In this document: positions 39,060 to 47,659 of the stretch, piece by piece
How the letters are laid out: every line of letters begins with the position of its first letter
Position numbering within the stretch: the first letter of the stretch is position 1
Made by a program: the position numbers and the translations under genes
The notes under the pieces: model-generated
Databases searched by the model: none
What the model was told of the DNA's origin: nothing
Seen by the model: the letters and a program-made list of their open reading frames with translations, nothing else
Assembly: GCA_963827205.1 (NCBI GenBank)
Contig: CAWHAH010000007.1
Span: 66,979 to 130,978 of the forward strand
Source of the DNA: an uncultured Verrucomicrobiae bacterium
Lineage (GTDB): Bacteria; Verrucomicrobiota; Verrucomicrobiia; Limisphaerales; UBA11358
DNA length: 64,000 nucleotides
Direction: 5' to 3'

Positions 39060-39430
39060 TGGTTCGCAAAGCGTCTTGGAGGTGTGGTGGCATGACATCG
39101 CTTTCCTCGACGCGACATATCGCGTCGAACCAACTGGTCCCGCCGGAGTCCGACGAAGGTGGAAACAACGGCAGATCAGCGTACTCCGCACTCCGTCCAC
39201 CCTCCGTAGCAGAGCTACTGCGGAGGACGGGCACTCCGAATTCCGCATGGGCAACTCCTCGCGCCGACTCTTCGCACGAAGCTTGGCGATGACGGAAATC
39301 AGACTGGTCGCGCTGAAATCACATGAAAGCGGATGCAGGCGGACTTGTCGCGCACTCCGCAATTCGCAATTCGCAATTCGAAATTGTCATAGCTCTTTTC
39401 CGGTATTCATTTTGGGATGGACGATTGGGG
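39060..39430. repeat. Mosaic intergenic repeat, copy 2 (expanded)
   Basis: It has the same blocks as copy 1, plus ccctccgtagcagagctactgcggaggacggg and a triple aattcgc heptamer. It ends with ttccggtattcattttgggatggacgattgggg. Confidence 0.7.
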
Positions 39431-39504
39431 CAATTGGCGTTTCAATTCCACTATGCTCTTTCGATCGTTTCGTAGATGAAGATAAAATATTTAGGACAGG
39501 TTTA

Positions 39505-39942
39505 ATGGACGACGAACTCGACACTCTGGATTTTGAGAAGTGCTTTTTAGCAGAGTTGCTCACCATGATCGGTGATCGGCTCGTCAGGCTGCAAACTTTT
39601 ATGGACCCAAGAGATCCCGAAGGCACCTCCGATGTTTTTGACCCAATGGAACATCTTGCGGGCGTCGGAATGGTTGCCGCGCAACGCTATCTCGCTTCAA
39701 TCTGCAATTGGCTTTCCGTTCCGAAGGACGATGCGATGAGTTGGGGGCCACAGAAGAAGGGCGTTGCTGTGGCGTCCATCGTGAACGCGGCAGCAAATTA
39801 TTGGAAACATGTAGAAGATGGAGATGGTGCTATTCGCCAACCGACGCGAGATACCCTTAAGCAGATAGGCGTCAACCTTGAATCCGGATATTGTGTCTCG
39901 AACGCGCTTTATGAATGCGGATACAAACATCTTTCAGAGCTT
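39505..39942 (+). pseudogene. Hypothetical gene interrupted by an IS5-family insertion (5-prime part; the 3-prime part is 41105-41167)
   Basis: The reading frame MDDELDTLDFEK...YECGYKHLSEL runs exactly to the IS boundary. After the IS and target duplication it continues in frame as MKDLLAWRDAVIEEAKIKNA*. Confidence 0.7.
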
Positions 39943-41099
39943 GAGACCTCTGAAAAAGGCCATGTTGGTTGTTTGATTTGATGTCATTGCCCCTGATCAA
40001 CGGAATATTTGTTCGGCGAGACTCCGCCATCGGCGGTTCCATCCCCCACGATCGGCGGTTTTGTCCGCTGGACTGCCGTTCTGAGTTGTTTGATTCATGC
40101 TCCGGTCAAAGTCGCCAGCCGTTTGAGGTTCCAACAGACGCATTTAAACTCCAGTTCCAACCGGTTGGGGTCCCGCCCTACATACCGCACCCGCCGGTAA
40201 CCCGTGCAGCGTTTCCACCAGCCAAAGATTCTTTCGATCCCGCACCGCAGTCGGCTCAACAGCTGGTTGACCCGCACCGTCGCGTCCCGCAGTTTTTCCC
40301 CACGGCTGGGCTTGCGCAAAATCCCGTTGGCGATGCCGTGCTCACCGCACCATTGGCTGCGGGCTTCACTCCAGTAAGCCTTGTCCGCCACCACCATTTC
40401 CTCGTCGCCTTGGACCACCGTTTCAAACTCCCGGCTGTCATGCACGTTGGCGGCCGTCAGCGTGACCTGTCGGATCAGTGTGTGCGTTTCATCCGCCGCG
40501 ACATGTGCTTTGTAGCCATAGTGCGGCTGGCCTCGCTTCACGGTGTAGCCCGCATCGCTATCACCGCCAGCTTTGTCCTCCTTGGTCGGGGCGCGACGAG
40601 CCGCCTGCAACAGCGTCGCGTCCACCAGCGTGCAGGTTTTGAGGAGGAAGCCCTTTTGTTCCAGTTGCCGGTTGACCAGCACCAGCAGCTCTTCCTGCAA
40701 GCCATGTTCGACCAGCCGTTGCCGGAAGCGGACCAGCGTTGTTTCGTCGGGCACCTTGTCCTGCAAACCCAAACCCACAAACCGCCGCCAACTCAACCGG
40801 TCGGCCACCAGTTCCTCGCACTGCGGGTCCGAGAGGCCATAGCAATGTTGCAGCAAACTCATTTTGAAGAGGGCCAGCGGCGGACAGGGTGGGCGTCCGG
40901 TCGTCGCCGGATACATCGCCTGCAATGCCTTTTCGATGGGCTGCCAATCCAGCGTGCGGTCGAGCCGTTCGAGAAAATCGTTGCCAGGAGTCGTGATCAT
41001 CAAGCTGTCCAGCAGCCCCATTTGTGCGTTGGTCGTCGTTTGCATATTCCTCTGACGCACAGTCAAATCGTCCGTTCAAAAGAGTTTTGCAGAGGTCTC
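39943..41099 (-). mobile_element. IS5-family insertion sequence (~1.16 kb)
   Basis: The terminal inverted repeats are GAGACCTCTGAAAAA (39943-39957) and TTTTGCAGAGGTCTC (41085-41099), matching at 14/15 positions. AGCTT occurs directly on both flanks (39938-39942 and 41100-41104). The alternative reading is a 16-bp IR with a 3-bp GCT duplication. The element carries one DDE transposase ORF. Confidence 0.85.
40095..41066 (-). CDS. IS5-family DDE transposase
   Basis: 323 aa. It has GRPPCPPLALFKMSLLQHCYGLSD, TLVDATLL, HYGYKAHV, VVADKAYWS and IERIFGWWKR, a typical IS5/IS4-superfamily DDE layout. Confidence 0.9.
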   Translation of the reverse strand: MTVRQRNMQTTTNAQMGLLDSLMITTPGNDFLERLDRTLDWQPIEKALQAMYPATTGRPPCPPLALFKMSLLQHCYGLSDPQCEELVADRLSWRRFVGLGLQDKVPDETTLVRFRQRLVEHGLQEELLVLVNRQLEQKGFLLKTCTLVDATLLQAARRAPTKEDKAGGDSDAGYTVKRGQPHYGYKAHVAADETHTLIRQVTLTAANVHDSREFETVVQGDEEMVVADKAYWSEARSQWCGEHGIANGILRKPSRGEKLRDATVRVNQLLSRLRCGIERIFGWWKRCTGYRRVRYVGRDPNRLELEFKCVCWNLKRLATLTGA

Positions 41100-41104
41100 A
41101 GCTT

Positions 41105-41167
41105 ATGAAGGATCTGCTCGCTTGGCGTGATGCCGTTATCGAAGAGGCGAAGATAAAAAATGCATAA
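41105..41167 (+). pseudogene. 3-prime remainder of the IS-interrupted gene
   Basis: atg aag gat ctg ... aat gca taa joins in frame to codon CTT at 39940-39942 once the IS and one AGCTT copy are removed. Confidence 0.65.
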
Positions 41168-41213
41168 CTGGGCTGCAATAATTCGTATTACGGACTAACA
41201 TTTTGAAGACAAC

Positions 41214-42902
41214 ATGAAAGCGAAATTGTTCGGCTGGACACTTTTATTTCTGTTGATGCTGCCAATCACTCCATTGTTTGGGCAAGCGCAGGAAACTAAT
41301 CACCCCGCCGATAAATCCAACTCGGTGCAATCAAGTGCGGTGCCGGTTGATGAAGCCACAGCGCAATTCGAGGCAACCAAAGTGAAGGCCGAGACGGGGG
41401 ATGCTCAGGCCCAATACAATCTGGCCGACTGCTACGCCAGTGGCCGAGGCGTGGCGAAGGATAATGTGGAGGCGCTAAAGTGGTATCGCAAAGCCGCCGA
41501 TGGGAACAACGCCGAGGCCCAATTGACTCTGGGCTCTTGCTGCGCCAATGGCTTCGGCGTGGCACAGGATTATGTCCAGGCTTACAAGTGGTTTACCCTC
41601 GCTGCCGCGCAAGGTGAACCATTGGCTAGAGTCGCTCGAAATAACATTGCCCCTTCTATGACGCCTGACCAAATCGCTCAAGGGGAACGGCTTCCGGCTG
41701 AATTTCATCCAAGAAAAGAAACGCCAGGTTCAACTTCTGAGTTCGAAGCAACTAAAGCGAAGGCCGAGACGGGAGATGCTCAAGCCCAATATAATCTGGG
41801 CATCTATTACGACCAAGGCCAAGGCGTCGCGCAGGACCATGCCGAGGCGGTCAAGTTGTATCGGGAAGCAGCAGACCAAGGTTTTGCCGAGGCACAAAAC
41901 GAGCTCGGCTTGTGTTACATCTCGAGTGGAGAAGGTCTAAGCTTGGCGCGGGGCTTTGTTGAGGCGGTGAAATGGTTTCGGGAGGCAGCAAATCAAGGTT
42001 ATGCCGAGGCTCAATGTAATCTTGGCCGTTGCTACCTCTTCGGTCGCGGCGTGTCACAGGATTATGTCCAGGCTTACAAGTGGTTTAATCTCGCTGCGGC
42101 GCAGGGAAACACCAATGCCAGTTTGTTTCTACCTGCTATTGCCTTACGCATGTCTCCAGAAGCTATTACCGAAGCAGAGAGATTATCCAGTGAGTTTAAG
42201 CCAAGCCAGGCAGCAGAGTCAGATTCTACGGTTTCTGGCGGAAAGGCTCCTGCTTCCATGCCAACTGCCAGAGGCACGGGATTTTTCATCACGGACGATG
42301 GTTATTTGATTTCCAATTATCATGTGGTCAAGGATGCGACGAAGGTTCGTTTGCTCACGGGCGCGGGTTTGATTGACGCCAAGGTGGTTCAGGTGGATGC
42401 GGCCAATGATCTGGCTTTGCTCAAAAAGAAGGCAGAGAAGAATGGAGAAGTTTGCAAGCCGCTGCCCATTGCGGCCAGTCGCACGGTGGCTCTGGGCGGC
42501 ACGGTAGCGACGGTCGGTTTTCCCGACATCGGTTTGCAGGGGTTCGCGCCCAAGCTGGCCAAGGGGGAAATCGCATCGCTGTCCGGGGCGGGGGATGACC
42601 CGCGGTATTTTCAAATCAGCGCGCCGGTGCAGCCGGGCAATTCGGGCGGGGCGCTGGTGGATGAGCGGGGCAACGTGATCGGCATCGTGTCGGCCAAGCT
42701 GGATGCGGGGGCGGCGCTGGCGGCGAGCGGGGCGTTGCCGGAGAATGTGAATTACGCGGTCAAGAGCAGTCTGCTGTTGAGCTTCCTGGAATCTGTCCCC
42801 GATGTTTCAGCCAAGCTCAAAGCGCCGGTCACGGCTGACCGGAAGTTTGAGGATGTGGTGAGGTCGGCGCAGGATGCGGCGGTGCTCGTCCTCGTTTATT
42901 GA
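41214..42902 (+). CDS. Secreted Sel1-repeat protein fused to a trypsin-like (S1C/DegP-type) serine protease domain
   Basis: It has a signal peptide and at least six Sel1 repeats (GDAQAQYNLADCYASGRGVAKDNVEALKWYRKAA...). The protease domain has His (LISNYHVV), Asp (ANDLALLK) and Ser (QPGNSGGALV). Confidence 0.85.
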   Translation: MKAKLFGWTLLFLLMLPITPLFGQAQETNHPADKSNSVQSSAVPVDEATAQFEATKVKAETGDAQAQYNLADCYASGRGVAKDNVEALKWYRKAADGNNAEAQLTLGSCCANGFGVAQDYVQAYKWFTLAAAQGEPLARVARNNIAPSMTPDQIAQGERLPAEFHPRKETPGSTSEFEATKAKAETGDAQAQYNLGIYYDQGQGVAQDHAEAVKLYREAADQGFAEAQNELGLCYISSGEGLSLARGFVEAVKWFREAANQGYAEAQCNLGRCYLFGRGVSQDYVQAYKWFNLAAAQGNTNASLFLPAIALRMSPEAITEAERLSSEFKPSQAAESDSTVSGGKAPASMPTARGTGFFITDDGYLISNYHVVKDATKVRLLTGAGLIDAKVVQVDAANDLALLKKKAEKNGEVCKPLPIAASRTVALGGTVATVGFPDIGLQGFAPKLAKGEIASLSGAGDDPRYFQISAPVQPGNSGGALVDERGNVIGIVSAKLDAGAALAASGALPENVNYAVKSSLLLSFLESVPDVSAKLKAPVTADRKFEDVVRSAQDAAVLVLVY

Positions 42903-42978
42903 GTAGCAGCCGACGTGAGGAGGCTCATTCTTTTGGCCGGAAGAAATTTGGATGGAGCGAACTGACGTTCGCTGCTAC
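42903..42978. repeat. GTAGCAGC-type inverted repeat
   Basis: The arms are gtagcagccgacgtgaggaggctc and gagcgaactgacgttcgctgctac. The element starts at the first base after the stop codon at 42902. Confidence 0.7.
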
Positions 42979-42999
42979 AAGCGGCGGTGCTGGTGCTGG

Positions 43000-43185
43000 T
43001 GTATTGAACTTGGAGTGCGGCAACATGTTACCGTTTTCCTCGACGCGACATGTCCACCCTCCGCAGTTCTGCTACGGAGGACGGGTCGCGTCGAACCAAA
43101 TCGCGGACATGTCCGCGCAGTCCAAGATTTTCGGCTCGCGAGGACGCTCGCCCTACCGGGCGCCGACATGTCTGCGCACTCCAAA
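43000..43185. repeat. Mosaic intergenic repeat, copy 3
   Basis: It contains gagtgcggcaacatgttaccg, gacgcgacatgtccaccctccgcagttctgctacggaggacggg, gcggacatgtccgc and gcgccgacatgtctgcgcactccaaagg. Confidence 0.65.
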
Positions 43186-43187
43186 GG

Positions 43188-44555
43188 TTACTGCAACCGC
43201 ATCGGCAACTGGAAGATGTTGAAATAAAGTTCCGAAAGGGTTGACCCGGTGTGTTCGCTCCGCACGTCCGGCCCGAATTGCAGGGTCGCCGCGGCGGCGA
43301 AGTTGTGAATCACCAGACAGTAGGTGCTGTTGACCATGATGCCCAGCAATTCGCCGGTACGGCTGAAAACCAGATCGCCGCGCGAAGGATTGAATTTCCC
43401 GAACAACGGGCGCCACAGGCTGTGATCCACTTTGACGTATTGCGGCGTGTTCAAATCAATCTGAAAGTTGCATTCACCGTAAGAACTTTCGTCCGTGGCC
43501 ACCGGCACCGTGTCCTGAAATTTGTAGGGGTCAGACGAAATGCGATAAACCTTGCCGCCGAGCCGGCGGACATCTTCCGGGCTGACCGGCATCATCACCA
43601 CGCGCGGGTCTGCCTTATGAAAGGACAATGAATGAATGGCCACCTGCGCGCCATTGCCGGCCAGTGTGCCGGTGAGCGAGTCCCAATCCGTGCCAGGGTC
43701 CCACAACTTCAGCGGCGTGTCCTGCACGTGGCACAAGGCATAAGTATTGGTGCCATCGGTCACCAGCACCGTTTTGGTTTCCCTGTTGTCGCTTGAATTC
43801 ATGCCTAGAAAGCCGGAACGCGAGGCCAGAATGTTTGCCTCGATCCGGTTGGAAACAAATTGGCTGAAAATGGCGTTCGGCGCCAGGGGCGTGTTCGCGC
43901 GGATTTCCTGGGTCAACTGGCTGGAGTTGGTCGCCAACGATTTGAAGCCCTCTGCCAGTTTGGCATTTTCCGTTCGTTGGGCCTGGACCTCCTGTTGCAT
44001 CAGGGCGGCGCGTTCGGCGGCGGCGCGCTTCTCCGTTTCGGACAACTGGAGTTGCTGGGCCAGTCGCTGTTGCTCGGCCTGGGCCAGCAGGTTGCTCTGG
44101 GTCAATTGATCGAGTTGCCGGCGCAGGGCGGCGGCGAGTTCCGATTGCCGTTGGGCCTCAGCCTGGGTCGCCGCGAGCTTTTGTTGTGACTGCGCGGAAG
44201 TATCCTGCAACTGGCGGTTCAGGCTTTCGAGGTTGGTTTGGGCGGCGGCGAATTGTTGCTGCAATTGCTGGTATTCCTGCTGGCGCGCGTTCAGTTGCGC
44301 CTGCTGCCGGTTCGCGGCTTCGTGCGCCGCCGCGAGCTGCTGCTGCAATTGCACGTGCCCCCGGCGTTCCTCTTCGAGGGCCAGTTTCATGACGGCGGCA
44401 AGGTCCCTGCCGGTGTCCGCCACCTCGTTGGTCGCCACCGTCACGTTGACCGGCGGGCGGGTGTTTTCGTCGGCCATCCGGTTGATGTCCGTCGAGAACG
44501 TCAGCAGGCTCAACAGCAGAAAATCGCAGATGACGATGAGGATGCTGCGGTTCAT
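43188..44555 (-). CDS. ExbD/TolR-like TM anchor + long coiled coil + trypsin-fold C-terminal domain protein
   Basis: 455 aa. The N-terminal TM helix has an embedded Asp (RSILIVICDFLLLSLLTF; compare ExbD in this window, VALIDVLIVLVIFL). A Q/A/L-rich coiled coil of about 170 aa follows. The C-terminal domain aligns by eye to the neighbouring protease: VLVTDGTNTYALCHV vs FFITDDGYLISNYHV, and NPSRGDLVFSRTGELLGIMV vs GNSGGALVDERGNVIGIV. Confidence 0.7.
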   Translation of the reverse strand: MNRSILIVICDFLLLSLLTFSTDINRMADENTRPPVNVTVATNEVADTGRDLAAVMKLALEEERRGHVQLQQQLAAAHEAANRQQAQLNARQQEYQQLQQQFAAAQTNLESLNRQLQDTSAQSQQKLAATQAEAQRQSELAAALRRQLDQLTQSNLLAQAEQQRLAQQLQLSETEKRAAAERAALMQQEVQAQRTENAKLAEGFKSLATNSSQLTQEIRANTPLAPNAIFSQFVSNRIEANILASRSGFLGMNSSDNRETKTVLVTDGTNTYALCHVQDTPLKLWDPGTDWDSLTGTLAGNGAQVAIHSLSFHKADPRVVMMPVSPEDVRRLGGKVYRISSDPYKFQDTVPVATDESSYGECNFQIDLNTPQYVKVDHSLWRPLFGKFNPSRGDLVFSRTGELLGIMVNSTYCLVIHNFAAAATLQFGPDVRSEHTGSTLSELYFNIFQLPMRLQ

Positions 44556-46267
44556 GACGGCAGGACGGGCGTTGGCATGGAAGCCGGGGCACCAGCAGTA
44601 TCAGCGGCGCCGGCTTCGGCTTCGAGCAGCAATTTCCGGCGCGCCGGGCGCAGGTTGAAAATTTTGAAGATGACCACGAAGATGATGCCGAACGACGTGG
44701 AGGAATAGGCCGCCATCAGGCTGAATTTAACCAGCCCCATGGAAAAGATGATGAGCGAAATGATGGTGCCGACGAAGCCGAGATAAAGGCCGGCGTCGAA
44801 CAGATGGTCTTCGTTTTCAAGGAGCTTGAGTTTCATGCGTGGCGGCACCCGTTGCCGGCGGATTTCCGCCAACTTCACGAGGCACGCCATGTACAGCAGC
44901 GCCTGCAGCACGAAAAACACCAGCAACGTCAGTATAATGGTCGGGTTCATAATGGTTTGTTTAATGCCAGCGATTCCGACAGGGACCGCGCCGCCCGCCA
45001 TGGGCAGTTGCAGTCGAAAGGAGAATCCCCCTTTCTGGCTCTCTCGCGCGAGAAACGGCTCGCTCAAGAGCAAGACCACGAGCAGAAAACCCAGCGAAAA
45101 TAAAAACTCACGGACCAGGTGGAATCCGCGCACCTGCAACGGTCGTTCCAAAAAGGATACGGCAGGCCGCGCAAAATGGAAAGCCCCGGCCAGGAAAAAT
45201 CCGCCGAGCAGGTAGCAGAGCCATTTCAGCGTCAGGGCCAGCCACGGCGTTTGAAAAGCACAACCCGCGGCAAAGTAAAAAAACGCTCCGAACGGATCGA
45301 ATGCAGTCACGCGCCGTTCCAGATCCGAATTGAAAAGCCGCTGGCCGCGTTGCGCCAGCTCGCTCACTCCGCCCGCGCCGTCATGCAGGCTCGCGCGCAG
45401 GTCCTCCAGCCCGCTCTGGCTGAATTTGGCGAGATATTTGGCGACCGCGGCGGGTTTGCCCGACAGTTGCACCGCCGCAAACAGCACGGGCAATTGTTCG
45501 CCGGCGTTGCGGACCTGGCCGGCCAGTTGGTGCAGCGTCCCGGTATCCTGAATTTGCGCGACAAACGCCACGAGCTGGTCCCAGTTGAGCCGATCGCCCA
45601 ACGACAGGAAATCCATGAGCACCTGCTCCAGCGGCTCCGAATTGCCGCCGCGGTTGGCCGCCGAAGCCGACAGGAAAATGGCGTCACTCATGCCCGCCGT
45701 CAAATGCCCGCCATCCAGCAACAATCCGCATTCCAACAGCGCCACATCAAAGGCCTGCCCCGAAGCCGATGACGACGGCGGAAAAAGAATGGTGTTGTTC
45801 AAGGCACGCGTTCGCAACAACTCCATCACCACGGAAGATGACGAAACGCGCAGATGGGCCAGGGCCGCCTCGCGGTTTTCCTGATGGATGATGAAATCGG
45901 TGAATGGTTCCGCGCCGGCCTCCGGAGCCTTGGCATTGCCGCCGAAAAGATTTTCCATGGGCGAGTCATCGCCCCACGCCAGCGCGTCCGGATACTGTCG
46001 CGCCTGATTGGTCACCGTCTCGCCGAGCCGGTCCCAGCCGGGAATTCCCGCGGCCCGCGCCGCCCGCATGAGCATTTTGGCCGCGCCCAATTTCTTCGCG
46101 CCCGCCAGGGCCTGTCCTTGCTCAAGCAGAGCGGGACCGTTCCTGCCGGCCTTTTGGATGACGCTGGCGTCCACTGCCCGCAGATACGCGGGTATCAACA
46201 GGCCGCCAACGAGCATCACCAGACCGAGGATGGCACAAATTAAAAAGCCTGGCCATCGGACCTTCAT
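44552..46267 (-). CDS. Polytopic membrane protein with a MotA/ExbB-like C-terminal channel module and a large N-terminal domain
   Basis: 571 aa. The C-terminal helical hairpin LYLGFVGTIISLIIFSMGLVKFSLMAAYSSTSFGIIFVVIFKIFN resembles the MotA/TolQ/ExbB signature (compare LLGLVGTIIGMMAVF...RATLIGLLICIPSLIF in ExbB here). Its stop overlaps the downstream start (ATGA). Confidence 0.7.
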   Translation of the reverse strand: MKVRWPGFLICAILGLVMLVGGLLIPAYLRAVDASVIQKAGRNGPALLEQGQALAGAKKLGAAKMLMRAARAAGIPGWDRLGETVTNQARQYPDALAWGDDSPMENLFGGNAKAPEAGAEPFTDFIIHQENREAALAHLRVSSSSVVMELLRTRALNNTILFPPSSSASGQAFDVALLECGLLLDGGHLTAGMSDAIFLSASAANRGGNSEPLEQVLMDFLSLGDRLNWDQLVAFVAQIQDTGTLHQLAGQVRNAGEQLPVLFAAVQLSGKPAAVAKYLAKFSQSGLEDLRASLHDGAGGVSELAQRGQRLFNSDLERRVTAFDPFGAFFYFAAGCAFQTPWLALTLKWLCYLLGGFFLAGAFHFARPAVSFLERPLQVRGFHLVREFLFSLGFLLVVLLLSEPFLARESQKGGFSFRLQLPMAGGAVPVGIAGIKQTIMNPTIILTLLVFFVLQALLYMACLVKLAEIRRQRVPPRMKLKLLENEDHLFDAGLYLGFVGTIISLIIFSMGLVKFSLMAAYSSTSFGIIFVVIFKIFNLRPARRKLLLEAEAGAADTAGAPASMPTPVLPS

Positions 46268-46380
46268 TACATCACCTGGAACAACTTACCTTGTGGCGTT
46301 TTAGACTACATATCAAAAGACCCTGTTCAAGGCGAAAAAAACGGGTGATTGATTTGCCGAAAGATTGAGGCGGCGGCGAT

Positions 46381-47646
46381 TTATTCGTATCGCAACGATT
46401 CAATCGGGTCGAGGTTCGCCGCCTTGTAAGCCGGATAAGTTCCGAACACGACTCCCACGATGGAACAAATCACCAAGCCCAGCACAATCCAGTCAACCGG
46501 GATGGCCGGTGGCACTTTCATAAACCAGGCGAGGACGTTGCCGCCGAGGATGCCGAGCACGACCCCAATGACGCCGCCGACTTCGCACAGGACGATCGCT
46601 TCCATGATGAATTGCGTCATGATGTTCCGTTTCTTGGCGCCGACGGCGCGGCGGACGCCGATCTCGCGCGTCCGCTCCGTGACCGAGACGAGCATGATGT
46701 TCATGATGCCGATGCCCGCCGCGATGAGCGCGATGGAGCTGACGACGGTCACGCCAATGCGCACAGCCCGGGTAAACGAATCGAATTGTTCGATGAGCGA
46801 GTTGTTGGAAAAGAGTTCGAAATCATCCGGCGCGCCAGGTGGGACCTTGCGAACGGCGCGCAGGATGCCGCGCACCTGCTCGACACAATCGTCATAGCTG
46901 GCCGCATCACGCGCCTGCACCAGGATGGTCAGGTCGTCCCACCAGCGTCCGTAGCGGTTGAGCGCCGTGGTGACGGGGATGATGGCAAAATTGTCCTGAT
47001 TGCCTTCCAGCGACCCGCCCTTGGGGGCGAGCACACCCACCACCGCGTATTTGTAACCGTTGATTTTGATCTCTTCGCCCATCGCCGAGCCAAACGGGAA
47101 CGCCGTTTTGGCCAGGGCGCTGCCGAGCACACAAACTTCCCGGGCGTTCTCCACGTCGTCTTCGGAAAGGATGCGGCCGTCCTCGACGTCCCAGTTGCGC
47201 GCCGGGAAACTGCCGGGAGTTTCACCGTACAATTCGGTGGTGGGCGCTGTCTGGGCAAAGCGGGTCGAAATCTGTCCGCGCCAGAAATCGCCTTCGATGC
47301 CCACACCGGCGGCCAGTGTGGCCCTCTCCTCCACCCGCCGTCCCTGTTCCAGCGTGACATAGGGACGCCGCCAGTATTTCTGCCAGTCGCTCGAATCACC
47401 AAACTGGGCCTCGGGCCAGCGCTGAATGGCAAAAGTCTGGCTGCCCAACTGGCTGAGTCCCGTTTCCGCGGTGCGCTTCAACACGCGCATGGCGGTCATG
47501 ACGACGATGATGGAGAACACGCCGATCAACACGCCGAGCAACGTGAGTGCCGAGCGCAGCTTATGCGCCGCCAGCGCGTTCATGGCCATGAGAAAACTCT
47601 CGCGTACCTCGGCAATAATCAGCGTGGTTGCGGGTTTGGTCTTCAT
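46381..47646 (-). CDS. ABC transporter permease, MacB/FtsX type
   Basis: 421 aa. It has an N-terminal TM helix (LRSALTLLGVLIGVFSIIVVMTAM), a large periplasmic domain, and a C-terminal FtsX-type 3-TM bundle with REIGVRRAVGAKKRNI. Confidence 0.88.
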   Translation of the reverse strand: MKTKPATTLIIAEVRESFLMAMNALAAHKLRSALTLLGVLIGVFSIIVVMTAMRVLKRTAETGLSQLGSQTFAIQRWPEAQFGDSSDWQKYWRRPYVTLEQGRRVEERATLAAGVGIEGDFWRGQISTRFAQTAPTTELYGETPGSFPARNWDVEDGRILSEDDVENAREVCVLGSALAKTAFPFGSAMGEEIKINGYKYAVVGVLAPKGGSLEGNQDNFAIIPVTTALNRYGRWWDDLTILVQARDAASYDDCVEQVRGILRAVRKVPPGAPDDFELFSNNSLIEQFDSFTRAVRIGVTVVSSIALIAAGIGIMNIMLVSVTERTREIGVRRAVGAKKRNIMTQFIMEAIVLCEVGGVIGVVLGILGGNVLAWFMKVPPAIPVDWIVLGLVICSIVGVVFGTYPAYKAANLDPIESLRYE

Positions 47647-47659
47647 CGGTTTGCCGGGC

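Noticed and set aside
38170-41167. The repeat-bracketed small accessory genes considered as an integron-like cassette array.
   Set aside because: There is no integron integrase. I could not identify RYYYAAC/GTTRRRY attC core sites. The bracketing repeats are direct mosaic copies of repeats found elsewhere in the window, not attC-like imperfect palindromes.
43188-46267. The MotA-like/ExbD-like pair considered as a Zorya anti-phage system.
   Set aside because: No ZorC/ZorD-like (EH-signature or helicase/nuclease) genes are adjacent. Here the long coiled coil is on the ExbD-like subunit rather than on the MotA-like subunit, and no peptidoglycan-binding domain is evident. I report it as an uncharacterised motor-like pair instead.
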